A stretch of DNA of 64,000 nucleotides from Myxococcota bacterium (GTDB taxonomy: Bacteria; Myxococcota_A; UBA9160; UBA6930). A model generated the notes under the pieces. The model was not told where the DNA came from. It did not search any database and saw only the letters and a program-made list of their open reading frames with translations. The position numbers and the translations under genes are program-made. Positions 21,520 through 32,222 of the stretch are shown here, piece after piece (the first letter of the stretch is position 1; every line of letters starts with the position of its first letter). The stretch is from NCBI GenBank assembly GCA_965223415.1, contig OZ245002.1:3840001-3904000 (forward strand), in the 5' to 3' direction.

Positions 21520-21579
21520 GGAGCTTCGGAGGGTAGGGCAGTTTGACAGCGCCTTCCCCACGAAGTACCCAACCGCCCC

Positions 21580-23202
21580 ATGCTGAACCTCGCCGCGGTG
21601 CACGAAGCGATCGCCGTCGAGATCCCCGACCGGGAGTGCCTGGTCTTCCGGGATCGCCGCTTCACCTGGCGCGACGTCACGGACCGGACGCGGCGCCTGG
21701 CGGCCGTGCTGCGAGGCGCGGGCCTCGGCTGCCGGCACGAGCGCGCGGGCCTCGAGAACTGGGAGAGCGGGCAGGACCACGTCGCCCTCTACCTCTACAA
21801 CGGCAACGAGTACCTCGAGGGCATGCTCGGCGCGATGAAGGCGCGCTGCGCGCCCTTCAACGTGAACTATCGCTACGTCGAGGAGGAGCTCCTCTACCTC
21901 TTCGACAACGCGGACGCCAAGGCGGTGATCTTCCACGCCGGCTTCGCGCCGCTCCTCGAGAAGCTGCGCGACCGGCTGCCCCAGGTTCAGCTGTGGCTTC
22001 AGGTGGACGACGGCTCTGGCCAAGCGCTCGCGGGGGCGGTCGACTACGAGGAGGCCCTGGCCGGCGCGACGCCGAAGGCGCCGGAGGGGCTCACGGAAGA
22101 CGATCTCTACATTCTCTACACCGGCGGAACCACGGGCATGCCGAAGGGGGTGCTGTGGCGGCAGGAGGAGGTCATCCAGGCGGCGCTGATGCCTCCCCGC
22201 GTCGAAACCAGCCGGGCGGCACTCGTCGAGCGGGCGAGGAAGGGGAGCCAGGTGCGCTCTCTTCCCACGCCGCCCTTCATGCACGGCGCGGCCCACTGGG
22301 CGGCCTTCACCATGTGGCACGTGGGCGCCTGCGTCGTCGTCCAGTCCGAGACGCAGCACTTCGACCCGGACGACGTGTGGCGCACGGTCGAGCGCGAGAA
22401 GGTGACGGCGATGACGATCGTCGGCGACGCCTTCGCCCGCCCGCTGCTGGACGCCCTCGCGAAGGGCGACTACGACACCTCGAGGGTCCAGACCGTGAGC
22501 TCCGGCGGCGCGATCCTCACCGCCGCCGTGAAGGACGAGCTCCTGCGGGCGCTTCCCCAGGCCCGGGTCCTCGATGTGCTGGGCTCGTCGGAGAGCGGCC
22601 ACCAGGCGACCCAGATCTCGCGCTCCGGCGCCAAGGCCACGACCGGCGACTTCGAGCTGGCGCCGGGCAATGTCGTGCTCAGCGAGGACCTGACCCGGGT
22701 CGTCGCGTCCGACTCCGGGGAGACCGGCTGGCTGGCGCGCACCGGCCCCGTGCCCCTGGGCTACTACAAGGATCCGGAGAAGACCGCCAAGACCTTTCCG
22801 GTGGTGGGCGGGGTGCGCTACTCGGTGCCCGGCGATCGCTGCATCGCCGGCCGGGACGGCAGCCTGAAGCTCCTCGGCCGCGACTCGGTCACGATCAACT
22901 CCGGCGGCGAGAAGATCTTCGCCGAGGAGGTCGAGCACGCCCTCAAGCACCACCCAGCCGTCTACGACGCGGTGGTGACCGGCACGCACCACGAGCGCTT
23001 CGGCCAGCAGGTCACGGCCGTCGTCCAGCTCCGCGAAGGCCAGACCGCCAGCGAAGACGACCTCCGCGCGGCCTGCGAAGCCCACATCGCCCGTTACAAG
23101 CTCCCCCGCGTCTTCGTCTTCGTCGACGCCATCACCCGCGCCCCCAGCGGAAAAGCCGACTACCGCTGGGCCAAAGCCACCGCCGAGTCGGCGTTGCGTT
23201 AG
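21580..23202 (+). CDS. AMP-forming acyl-CoA synthetase (FadD19-like)
   Basis: YTGGTTGMPKG, LGSSESG, INSGGEKIFAEEVE, YKLPR, PSGKADY. Confidence 0.92.
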   Translation: MLNLAAVHEAIAVEIPDRECLVFRDRRFTWRDVTDRTRRLAAVLRGAGLGCRHERAGLENWESGQDHVALYLYNGNEYLEGMLGAMKARCAPFNVNYRYVEEELLYLFDNADAKAVIFHAGFAPLLEKLRDRLPQVQLWLQVDDGSGQALAGAVDYEEALAGATPKAPEGLTEDDLYILYTGGTTGMPKGVLWRQEEVIQAALMPPRVETSRAALVERARKGSQVRSLPTPPFMHGAAHWAAFTMWHVGACVVVQSETQHFDPDDVWRTVEREKVTAMTIVGDAFARPLLDALAKGDYDTSRVQTVSSGGAILTAAVKDELLRALPQARVLDVLGSSESGHQATQISRSGAKATTGDFELAPGNVVLSEDLTRVVASDSGETGWLARTGPVPLGYYKDPEKTAKTFPVVGGVRYSVPGDRCIAGRDGSLKLLGRDSVTINSGGEKIFAEEVEHALKHHPAVYDAVVTGTHHERFGQQVTAVVQLREGQTASEDDLRAACEAHIARYKLPRVFVFVDAITRAPSGKADYRWAKATAESALR

Positions 23203-23265
23203 GGGCCGGTTCCGTTTGTTGCGTTGCGAAGCAACGCAACAAACGGAACCGGCCCCTAACGCAAC
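23193..23265. repeat. 73-bp hairpin (35-bp perfect arms, GAA loop), REP-like
   Basis: gttgcgttaggggccggttccgtttgttgcgttgc-gaa-gcaacgcaacaaacggaaccggcccctaacgcaac between convergent genes. Confidence 0.95.
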
Positions 23266-23267
23266 AC

Positions 23268-23990
23268 CTAGCGGGGGTAGGCGGTGAGGAAGCGGCGGAT
23301 GCGGGCGGCGTTGGCGCCGAGGTCGCCGCGGCCGTCGCGGCTCTTGGAGCGGAGGTCGAGGACGGAGCTGTCGCCGCCCTCGGCGGGGCGGACGCGGATG
23401 ACGACGTCGTCCACGAACTGGAAGACGGCGCTGGTCTCGCGGGCGAGGACGGTGCCGGCGGCAGCGTCGACGGCGATCACCTCCCAGCCGAGCTTCTCGG
23501 CTGTCGCCTCGGCCAGCTCGAGGGCGCGGGCGGGCTCGGCGGCCGTGGCGTGGGGGGCGAGGTCCGGGTAGGCGGCGCGCACCTGCTCGCCGAAGGCCTC
23601 CGGGTAGGCCATGTCGCGGCCCCGCTCCGCCGGGTCCGAGGCGAAGGCCGGCGGGTCGGCGAGATCGGTCGTGATGTCGTTGATCGGCGGCAGGTCGCCG
23701 CTCGGCCCCGCCGAGAGCGCGAGCACGGCCACCAGCACCACGCCACACCCGACGCCGACCCACGCGAGGCCGCGCCCGGACCGTCCGCTGCCCGCCCGCG
23801 TCGCCCGCAGGGCCAGGAGCCCCAGCACCAGCGCCACCAGGCCCTCGAGCAGCCCCAGCCCGAACATCCATTGGAACCCGAACATCGGGCTCACCAGGCC
23901 CAGGTGGATCAGCACCGGGCCCATCACGACGTCGAAGGCGCCGAGCGCGCCCAGGATGCCGGCGGCGAGAGCGAGCTTGGATCGCTGCAT
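23268..23990 (-). CDS. DUF1499 family membrane protein
   Basis: PPINDITTD, FQFVDDVVIRV, DLRSKSRDGRGDLGANAARIR. Confidence 0.85.
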   Translation of the reverse strand: MQRSKLALAAGILGALGAFDVVMGPVLIHLGLVSPMFGFQWMFGLGLLEGLVALVLGLLALRATRAGSGRSGRGLAWVGVGCGVVLVAVLALSAGPSGDLPPINDITTDLADPPAFASDPAERGRDMAYPEAFGEQVRAAYPDLAPHATAAEPARALELAEATAEKLGWEVIAVDAAAGTVLARETSAVFQFVDDVVIRVRPAEGGDSSVLDLRSKSRDGRGDLGANAARIRRFLTAYPR

Positions 23991-24115
23991 CCGTTCCCTC
24001 CTGACCCAACGCGGCGCACGGGGCCCCCGCGGGAAGCGGATGCTAGCACGCGCGCCCGCGCTTGCGGGATCGGCCCGGGCCGCGATGATCTCCGCTCCCT
24101 GCGGGAGATGCGCCC

Positions 24116-24895
24116 TTGTCCGATTTCGTCCTCTCCGAGCGCCGCGGCCCGGTCGCCTGGCTCACCCTGAACCGGCCGGACGCCCTCAACGCGCTGTCCG
24201 GCGGCCTGCTCACCGCCCTGGGCGAGCGCCTCGGCGAGGTGGCGGAGGACCCGGAGGCCCGCGCCCTCGTGATCACCGGCGCCGGCCGCGCCTTCGCCGC
24301 CGGCGCCGACATCGCCGAGATGCGCAAGATGACGCCGGCCGAGGGCCGTGCCTTCTCCCAGCTCGGCCACGCTGCCTTCGGCGTGCTCGAGGCCCTGGAG
24401 ATGCCCACCATCGCTGCCGTGAACGGCTTCGCCCTCGGCGGCGGCTGCGAGCTGGCCTGCGCCTGCGACTGGATCTACGCCACCGCCAAGGCCCGCCTCG
24501 GCCAGCCCGAGGTGAACCTGGGCCTGATCCCCGGTTTCGGAGGCACCTCGCGCCTGGCCCGCAAGGTCTCGCCCGGCTGGGTGCGCGAGCTCGTCCTGAC
24601 CGGCGAGCCGATCGGCACCGAAGAGGCCCTCCGCATCGGCCTCGTCAACCGCTGCTTCGAGGACGCGGAGGCCCTCCACGCCGCCGCCCAACGGGCCGGC
24701 GAGACCGTCGCGAAGAAGGGCCCCCGGGCCGTCGCCGTGGCCAAGCGCCTGCTCGTGGAAGGCCCCGACTCGGACGCCCGGGTCGCCCACGCCATGGAGC
24801 AGGAGGCCTTCGGCGGCATCTTCGCCACCGAGGATCGTGCCGAGGGCATGGACGCCTTCCTGGCCAAGCGCGATCCCGAGTTCTCCGGACGTTAG
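24116..24895 (+). CDS. Enoyl-CoA hydratase (crotonase)
   Basis: AFAAGADI, VNGFALGGGCEL, GQPEVNLGLIPGFGG. Confidence 0.92.
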   Translation: MSDFVLSERRGPVAWLTLNRPDALNALSGGLLTALGERLGEVAEDPEARALVITGAGRAFAAGADIAEMRKMTPAEGRAFSQLGHAAFGVLEALEMPTIAAVNGFALGGGCELACACDWIYATAKARLGQPEVNLGLIPGFGGTSRLARKVSPGWVRELVLTGEPIGTEEALRIGLVNRCFEDAEALHAAAQRAGETVAKKGPRAVAVAKRLLVEGPDSDARVAHAMEQEAFGGIFATEDRAEGMDAFLAKRDPEFSGR

Positions 24896-24918
24896 TCGGA
24901 ATCGGGAGTCTGCCAGCC

Positions 24919-25896
24919 TTGGGCCACTACCTCGTCACCGGAGCGGCGGGCTTCATCGGCGCCCGCACGACGGAGCTGCTTCTCTCCCAGGGGCACACCG
25001 TCCTCGGGCTCGACAACCTGAACGACGCCTACGACGTGCGCGTCAAGCACTTCCGCCTGGGGCGTCTCCGGGAGCAGGAGGGCTTCCGCTTCGTGGAGGC
25101 GAGCGTGGCGGATCCGGCCACTCTCCGCCTTCCCATCCTCCGCGACCACCGCTACGACGGCGTCTTCAACCTGGCCGCCCGCGCTGGCGTGCGCTCCAGC
25201 GTCGAGTACCCGTGGATGTACGTCGAGACCAACATCACGGGCACGCTGAACATGCTGGAGCTGTGCCGCGAGCACGGCATCCCGAAGTTCGTGCTGGCCT
25301 CCACCTCCAGCCTCTACGGCGCCAGCAACCCGTGCCCGTATACGGAAGACCAGGACACGAGCCGGCCGCTCTCTCCCTACGCGGCCTCCAAGGGCGGCGC
25401 CGAGGCGCTGGCCCACACCTACCACGCTCTCCACGGCCTCGACGTGTCGATCCTGCGCTACTTCACCGTCTACGGTCCCGCCGGGCGCCCGGACATGAGC
25501 GTCTTCCGCTTCGTCCAGCGCATCCGCGAAGGCTTCCCGATCATCGTCTACGGGGACGGCAGCATGTCCCGGGACTTCACCTTCGTGGACGACATCGCGC
25601 GCGGCACCATCGCCGCCACCCGACCCCTGGGCTTCGAGATCCTGAACCTCGGCGGGGACCACCCCTACCAGGTGAACGAGCTGATCGGAACCATCGAACA
25701 GGCCCTCGGCCGCAAGGCGATCGTCGAGCACCAGCCCGCGCACCCGGCCGACGTTCCCGCCACCTGGGCGAGCATCGACAAGGCGGCCGCGCTCCTCGAC
25801 TGGCGGCCCGAGATCTCCCTCGCCGACGGCATCGCCGCCAGCGTCGCCTGGTACGAGGCCGAGCGCGACTGGGCCCATCGGGTCGACGCGTACTAG
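24919..25896 (+). CDS. NAD-dependent nucleotide-sugar epimerase (UDP-glucuronate 4-epimerase-like)
   Basis: VTGAAGFIG, LAARAGVR, YAASK, FTVYGPAGRPDM; TTG start inferred. Confidence 0.9.
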   Translation: MGHYLVTGAAGFIGARTTELLLSQGHTVLGLDNLNDAYDVRVKHFRLGRLREQEGFRFVEASVADPATLRLPILRDHRYDGVFNLAARAGVRSSVEYPWMYVETNITGTLNMLELCREHGIPKFVLASTSSLYGASNPCPYTEDQDTSRPLSPYAASKGGAEALAHTYHALHGLDVSILRYFTVYGPAGRPDMSVFRFVQRIREGFPIIVYGDGSMSRDFTFVDDIARGTIAATRPLGFEILNLGGDHPYQVNELIGTIEQALGRKAIVEHQPAHPADVPATWASIDKAAALLDWRPEISLADGIAASVAWYEAERDWAHRVDAY

Positions 25897-25936
25897 CGCC
25901 GGCGAGACGCCGTCGCCGGAACGGACGGAACCCGCC

Positions 25937-26635
25937 ATGGAGACCCGGACGCGCGCCATCGACGAGGTCTCCGGCTTCTCGGGGGGCGCCGTCGTCGTGG
26001 ACGTCATGCGTGCGTTCACCGTCGCCGCGCACGCTCTCGGGTCCGGAGCCTCCGAGATCGTCCTCGTTCGCGAGCTGGCCAACGCGCTCCGAATGAAGCG
26101 TGAGCTGCCGGGCTCGCTGGCCTTCCAGGACGGCGAACCGGTCTCCGGCTTCGACCTGGCGAACTCGCCGGCGATGCTCCGACGCCTGGAAGTGGCTGGC
26201 CGAACCATCTTCCAACGAACCACCCACGGGACTCGCGGCGCCATCGCGGCGTGCCACTGCGAGCCGCTGTACTGCGCGAGCTTCGCATGCGCCTCGGCGA
26301 CCGCGCGGGAGCTCCGCCTGCTTCGCGATCGCCCCGTCGCCTTCGTCATCACCGGCGACGACGGTCGCGCCGAGGAAGACCTCGCCTGCGCGGCGTTCAT
26401 CACCGCGCTGGCGGAGGACCTGGACACGAGCCCGTTTCCTTTCGCCGAGCGGGCCCGTCGGGCGCGGGCGGCAGAGGGGCTCCGGAGCGCCGTCCGGAAG
26501 GGACACACGGGAGTTCACGAGCAGGACGTGGAGCTCTGTCTCGAGGCCGATGTCGTCGACTTCGCCCTGCGGGCGGAGACCCGGTCGCGCCGGCTCACGC
26601 TTCGGACGAGCCGATCCGACCCTGGGGCCCGTTAA
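25937..26635 (+). CDS. 2-phosphosulfolactate phosphatase family protein
   Basis: VVVDVMRAFT, FDLANSP, TTHGT, EEDLACA. Confidence 0.85.
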   Translation: METRTRAIDEVSGFSGGAVVVDVMRAFTVAAHALGSGASEIVLVRELANALRMKRELPGSLAFQDGEPVSGFDLANSPAMLRRLEVAGRTIFQRTTHGTRGAIAACHCEPLYCASFACASATARELRLLRDRPVAFVITGDDGRAEEDLACAAFITALAEDLDTSPFPFAERARRARAAEGLRSAVRKGHTGVHEQDVELCLEADVVDFALRAETRSRRLTLRTSRSDPGAR

Positions 26636-28431
26636 CGCCCGCGCCCCCGGAACGGCTCGAGCGTCTCCTCCCACGGAGGGCGCGGCGCCTCCAGACAGGC
26701 GAGCAGGTCGGAGCCTTCCATCGGCTTGCCGAGCAGGTAGCCCTGCACCCGATGGCAGCCGAGGGCCACCAGCTGCTCCACGTCCACCAGCTGCTCGACG
26801 CCCTCGGCCAGAGGAGAGATGCCGAGGCCCGCCGCCATGTGGATCAGGCTGTTCACGATCACCTGGGTGGTGGGATCGGAGGCGAGGGTGGAGACGAAGG
26901 AGCGGTCGATCTTCAGGGTGTCGACCCGGAGCTTCTGGAGCAGGGTGAGGGACGAGTAGCCGGTGCCGAAGTCGTCGAGCGCGACGCGAATGCCAAGGGC
27001 GCGAAGGGCGCGGAGGTTCGTGCGCACGAGGTCGCCCTCGCTGAGGGCGGTCGACTCGGTGATCTCGATCTCGAGGGCGCCGGCGCCCACCCGGTGCTCG
27101 GCCAGGAACGCCGAGACCTCGTCGGCGAAGCCGACCCGCGAGAGCTGCTGGGCCGAGGCGTTGACGGAGATGCGCATGTGGTCGTGGCCGCGCTCCGCCC
27201 AGCGCTGCTGCTCGCGCAACGCCCGGTCCAGCACCCAGGCCCCGATCGGGCCCATCAGCCCCGCTTCCTCGGCGATGGGGATGAACTCCGCGGGAGACAC
27301 CATGCCGCGGGTCGGGTGACGCCAGCGCACCAGAGCCTCTGCACCCAACGCGTCTCCCAGCAGGACGTCGATCTGCGGCTGGTAGTGGAGCACGAGCTGG
27401 TCCTTCTCCAGCGCCTCCCGCAGGCCCCGCACCAGCTCGGCGCGCTCGGCCACCTCGTCGTTCAGGCCGGAGCGGTAGAAGAGGTAGCGGTTCCGCCCCT
27501 CGGCCTTGGCCTCGTACATGGCGATGTCGGCGCGGCGGACCAGCTCGTCCGCGTGCTCCGCGTCGCTCGGCGCCACGGCGATGCCGATGCTCGCCGTGAG
27601 CCACTGGTCGGTGCCCTCGATGCGGAAGGGCCTGGCGAGTGTCTCGAGCACCTTCTCCGCCACCCGACCCGGAACGTGGTGATCCGTGAAGTCGGTGATC
27701 ATCACGATGAATTCGTCGCCGCCCAATCGGGTGATCGCGTCGCTGCGGCGGCTCGTGTCGAGCAGGCGTTTCGCCGCCTGCTTGAGGAGCTCGTCACCGG
27801 CCCGGTGCCCCAGGGTGTCGTTCACCCTCTTGAAGCCGTCGAGGTCCAGGAAGAGCACGGCCAGCTTGGTGCCCCGGCGATGGGCGCCGGCGAGCATCCG
27901 CCCGAGGTACTCGTCGAGCCAATGGCGGTTCGGCAGGCCCGTCAACACGTCGTGGGTCGCCATGTGGTGCTCGCGGCGACGGGCTTCGAGCAGCTGGGCG
28001 CGCAGGCAGTGGCGCTCGAGGGCGTGTCGCGCGGTGCGCACGAGCTCACGGGGCTCGATCTCCTGCTTGCAGACATAGTCCTGGGCGCCGTAGCGCAGGG
28101 CCGCGAGCGCCAGCTCCTCGTGGGCGCGCTCCGCGATCACCACCACCGGCAACACCCGCAGCACCTCCTTGGTGCAGGCGAGCCCCTCTTCCCCCGTACC
28201 CTGCGAGAGGCTCAGGTCGACGAGGGCCAGGTCGAAGGCCTGGCGGCGGGCCAGGGAGAGCGCGGAGGCGGCGTCCACGACGTGGGTGATCGCGATGCCC
28301 GCGGCCTCTTCGCCGAGTGCCTGCCGCATCGCGCGCGCGGAGGCCTCGTCGTCCTCCACGAGCAGGACGCGGATCGGCAGCGCGGGGTCGAGCCGCACGT
28401 GGACGGCGTGCTGGGGAGCGTGGTCACCCAT
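26632..28431 (-). CDS. Receiver-GGDEF-EAL c-di-GMP signalling protein
   Basis: LLVEDD receiver; RLGGDEF; AEALVRW; LDDFGTGYSSL. Confidence 0.93.
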   Translation of the reverse strand: MGDHAPQHAVHVRLDPALPIRVLLVEDDEASARAMRQALGEEAAGIAITHVVDAASALSLARRQAFDLALVDLSLSQGTGEEGLACTKEVLRVLPVVVIAERAHEELALAALRYGAQDYVCKQEIEPRELVRTARHALERHCLRAQLLEARRREHHMATHDVLTGLPNRHWLDEYLGRMLAGAHRRGTKLAVLFLDLDGFKRVNDTLGHRAGDELLKQAAKRLLDTSRRSDAITRLGGDEFIVMITDFTDHHVPGRVAEKVLETLARPFRIEGTDQWLTASIGIAVAPSDAEHADELVRRADIAMYEAKAEGRNRYLFYRSGLNDEVAERAELVRGLREALEKDQLVLHYQPQIDVLLGDALGAEALVRWRHPTRGMVSPAEFIPIAEEAGLMGPIGAWVLDRALREQQRWAERGHDHMRISVNASAQQLSRVGFADEVSAFLAEHRVGAGALEIEITESTALSEGDLVRTNLRALRALGIRVALDDFGTGYSSLTLLQKLRVDTLKIDRSFVSTLASDPTTQVIVNSLIHMAAGLGISPLAEGVEQLVDVEQLVALGCHRVQGYLLGKPMEGSDLLACLEAPRPPWEETLEPFRGRGR

Positions 28432-28558
28432 ACGCCTTCGTGAGTCGGCCCCGCTCGCCTTCGAATTGAGGGCCGAGTGCCGCCCCCGGTGTCGCTTTCG
28501 GCCGATCTCCTGGATTCACCGGGGCGTCTCTGGGGCGGAGGCCCGAAGCGCCCGGGAC

Positions 28559-29161
28559 TCAGCCCGCGGAGAAGCCGGCGAGGTAGGGAAGCGCCCCGCC
28601 GGTCGTCTCGATGGCGTCGCCGGCCTCGAGAAGCACGCGGGTGGCATTCCAGCTGCCCTCGAGGAGCGCCTTGCGGGTGCCGTCGCGCACGCCGGCGGCG
28701 AGCGTGCCGCCCTTGTAGGTGACGCTGCGCGCCCGCAGGTCCACGACCAGCTCCTGGGAAGGGTCGAGCTCGACCGAGTCCATCAGCGCCGCCAGGTCCG
28801 CCTCCGCGAGGGTGACGCAAGGCAGGCCCAGGGCCGTGCAGTTGCCGGCGAAGATCTCGGCGAAGGAGGCGCCGACGAAGGCCCCGTAGCCGAAGCGCAT
28901 CAACGCCTGGGGAGCGTGCTCCCGCGAGGAGCCGCAGCCGAAGTTCTCGCCCACCACCAGGATGCGCGCGCCGGCGAAGCGCTCGTCGTCCAGGGGGTGG
29001 TCGCCCTTGGCCTGCTCGCGGTCGTCCTCGAAGGCGTGCTCGCCGAGCCCGTCGAAGGTGACGCAGCGCAGGAAGCGCGCCGGGATGATGCGATCGGTGT
29101 CGATGTCGCTGCCGCGGACGACGCAGGCGCGTCCCTCCACCCGTTCGATGGCGCTGGCCAT
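28559..29161 (-). CDS. leuD: 3-isopropylmalate dehydratase small subunit
   Basis: DIDTDRIIPARFL, NFGCGSSREHAP, SFAEIF. Confidence 0.95.
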   Translation of the reverse strand: MASAIERVEGRACVVRGSDIDTDRIIPARFLRCVTFDGLGEHAFEDDREQAKGDHPLDDERFAGARILVVGENFGCGSSREHAPQALMRFGYGAFVGASFAEIFAGNCTALGLPCVTLAEADLAALMDSVELDPSQELVVDLRARSVTYKGGTLAAGVRDGTRKALLEGSWNATRVLLEAGDAIETTGGALPYLAGFSAG

Positions 29162-29163
29162 GG

Positions 29164-30566
<1,403 letters not shown>

Positions 30567-30570
<4 letters not shown>

Positions 30571-31442
30571 GGGGCCGGGGTTTTAGCAGAATCGGGCAGC
30601 CTGGGCTCCGCGGAAGGGGCGCAGCTCGCTTCTCCACGGTCGGCGAGCGCTCGGGCGTACGCCTCGCGGAGGCGCGTGACCGGGCTCTCGCGGCGGGTCC
30701 CCGCCTCGGGCCGGATCCAATTGCGGCGGATCTCGTCCCAGACGGCACGCAGGCCCAGCGGCCGGGCTCGCGGGTGGGTCTCCATCAGTCGGAGGGCCGG
30801 CGACCCGACCGGGTCCTCCGGCCTCGACACCACCAGCAGCGCCGAGAGCGCGCCGAGGTCTTCACTGCAGCGGCGATCGCCGCCCGCGCGCAGGCCGGCC
30901 TCCAAGGCGGTCATCAGCCGATCCGCCAGCGTCGGCCGGCAGCCGTCCGGCTCCGCGCGGAAGGCGGCCAGGGCGTCCTCGACCACCGCGCTTCGCCACA
31001 ACAGGTTCCCCTGGACGGCCACGCCGCGGTCCGCCCGCGCGCCCGCCCACCCGAAGGTCCACGCGCCCGTGTGCTGGGCCGGCGCGTCCTCGAAGCCGAG
31101 GCCGACGAGACCGTACTGGCGAAGGCGCACGGTCGGCACTCCGAACGTCGAGTCGAACTCAGGCGTCGCGACCCGGGCGAGGGCCTCCGAAGGGCTCCGG
31201 CCGTCGGTCAGGAGCGCCGCCAGGCGGTCCCTTCCCTCGACGTTGGCCAGGGCCTGCGCCACGACGACGCCGGTCGCCGGCACGAGCTTCACCGCGATGT
31301 CGACGCCGCCGATGCACGACGCGATCGCCGCGCCGACCTCCCGCGTCTCCGCATCTACCGCGACGATCGACCAGGTGGCATGGGCGGGCGCTGCTGGAAC
31401 TGCGAAGAGCGAGAGAGTGAGGGCCAGGAGCCTGCGCGACAT
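30567..31442 (-). CDS. DUF1028 family secreted Ntn-hydrolase-like protein
   Basis: Signal peptide then [22 protein letters not shown]. Confidence 0.8.
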
Positions 31443-31530
31443 GTCACCTCCGCGGCGACGATAGCTCCGGAGCGGGGGCCGCCGGCTCCGCCGGCGGGCG
31501 CACGGCTCGGGAGTGCCTAGAGTGTGCGCG

Positions 31531-32196
31531 ATGGATCTCCTGTACACCGCGCACGTCCCGCCCGGCGAGGGCCCGTTCCCGACCATCCTGGCCCTGCACG
31601 GCTGGGGGGCCAACGCCCACGACCTGATCGGTCTGGCCCCGGTGCTCCACGGAGGCGGGGCCCTCGTGCTGAGCCCCCAGGGCCCGGTGGCCTTCGAGAT
31701 CGCCCAAGGCATGCTCGGCTTCGGCTGGTGGCCGATCACCGAAGACCGGGAGATCGACCCCGAGAGCTTCGAGGCCGCCAGCCAGGCCATCGAGCGCTTC
31801 CTCGACGCCGCGGCCGAGCGCTACCCGCTCGACCCGCGCAAGACGGTGCTGCTCGGCTTCAGCCAGGGTGGCGTGATGGCCTACGACCTGGTGCTGCGCC
31901 ACCCCGAGCGCTTCGCCGGGCTCGTGGCCCTCTCGAGCTGGCTGCCGGACCCGATCGAGCGGGCGGTGCCGTCCCAGCCCGCCCTCGAGAACTTCCCCGC
32001 GCTGTTGATCCACGGCACCCAGGACCCGATGATCCCGGTCGAGCGCGCCCAGGAGAGCCGGGAGAAGCTCCTGGCTCGCGGGCTCAACGTGCACTACCGC
32101 GAGTACGAGATGCAGCACGAGATCCGTCCCGAGGCCCTCCGGGAGATGGTCCTGTGGCTCGAGGAGAAGGTCTTCAACCTGATCCAGCTCGCGTGA
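31531..32196 (+). CDS. Phospholipase/carboxylesterase
   Basis: LHGWGAN, GFSQGG, HGTQD, MQHEI. Confidence 0.9.
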   Translation: MDLLYTAHVPPGEGPFPTILALHGWGANAHDLIGLAPVLHGGGALVLSPQGPVAFEIAQGMLGFGWWPITEDREIDPESFEAASQAIERFLDAAAERYPLDPRKTVLLGFSQGGVMAYDLVLRHPERFAGLVALSSWLPDPIERAVPSQPALENFPALLIHGTQDPMIPVERAQESREKLLARGLNVHYREYEMQHEIRPEALREMVLWLEEKVFNLIQLA

Positions 32197-32222
32197 TAGG
32201 CTGAGGCCTGCGGTGGAGGTAG

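Noticed and set aside
20189..23265. CRISPR array or integron attC array
   Set aside because: The repeats are isolated palindromes without regular spacers; no cas or intI genes in the window
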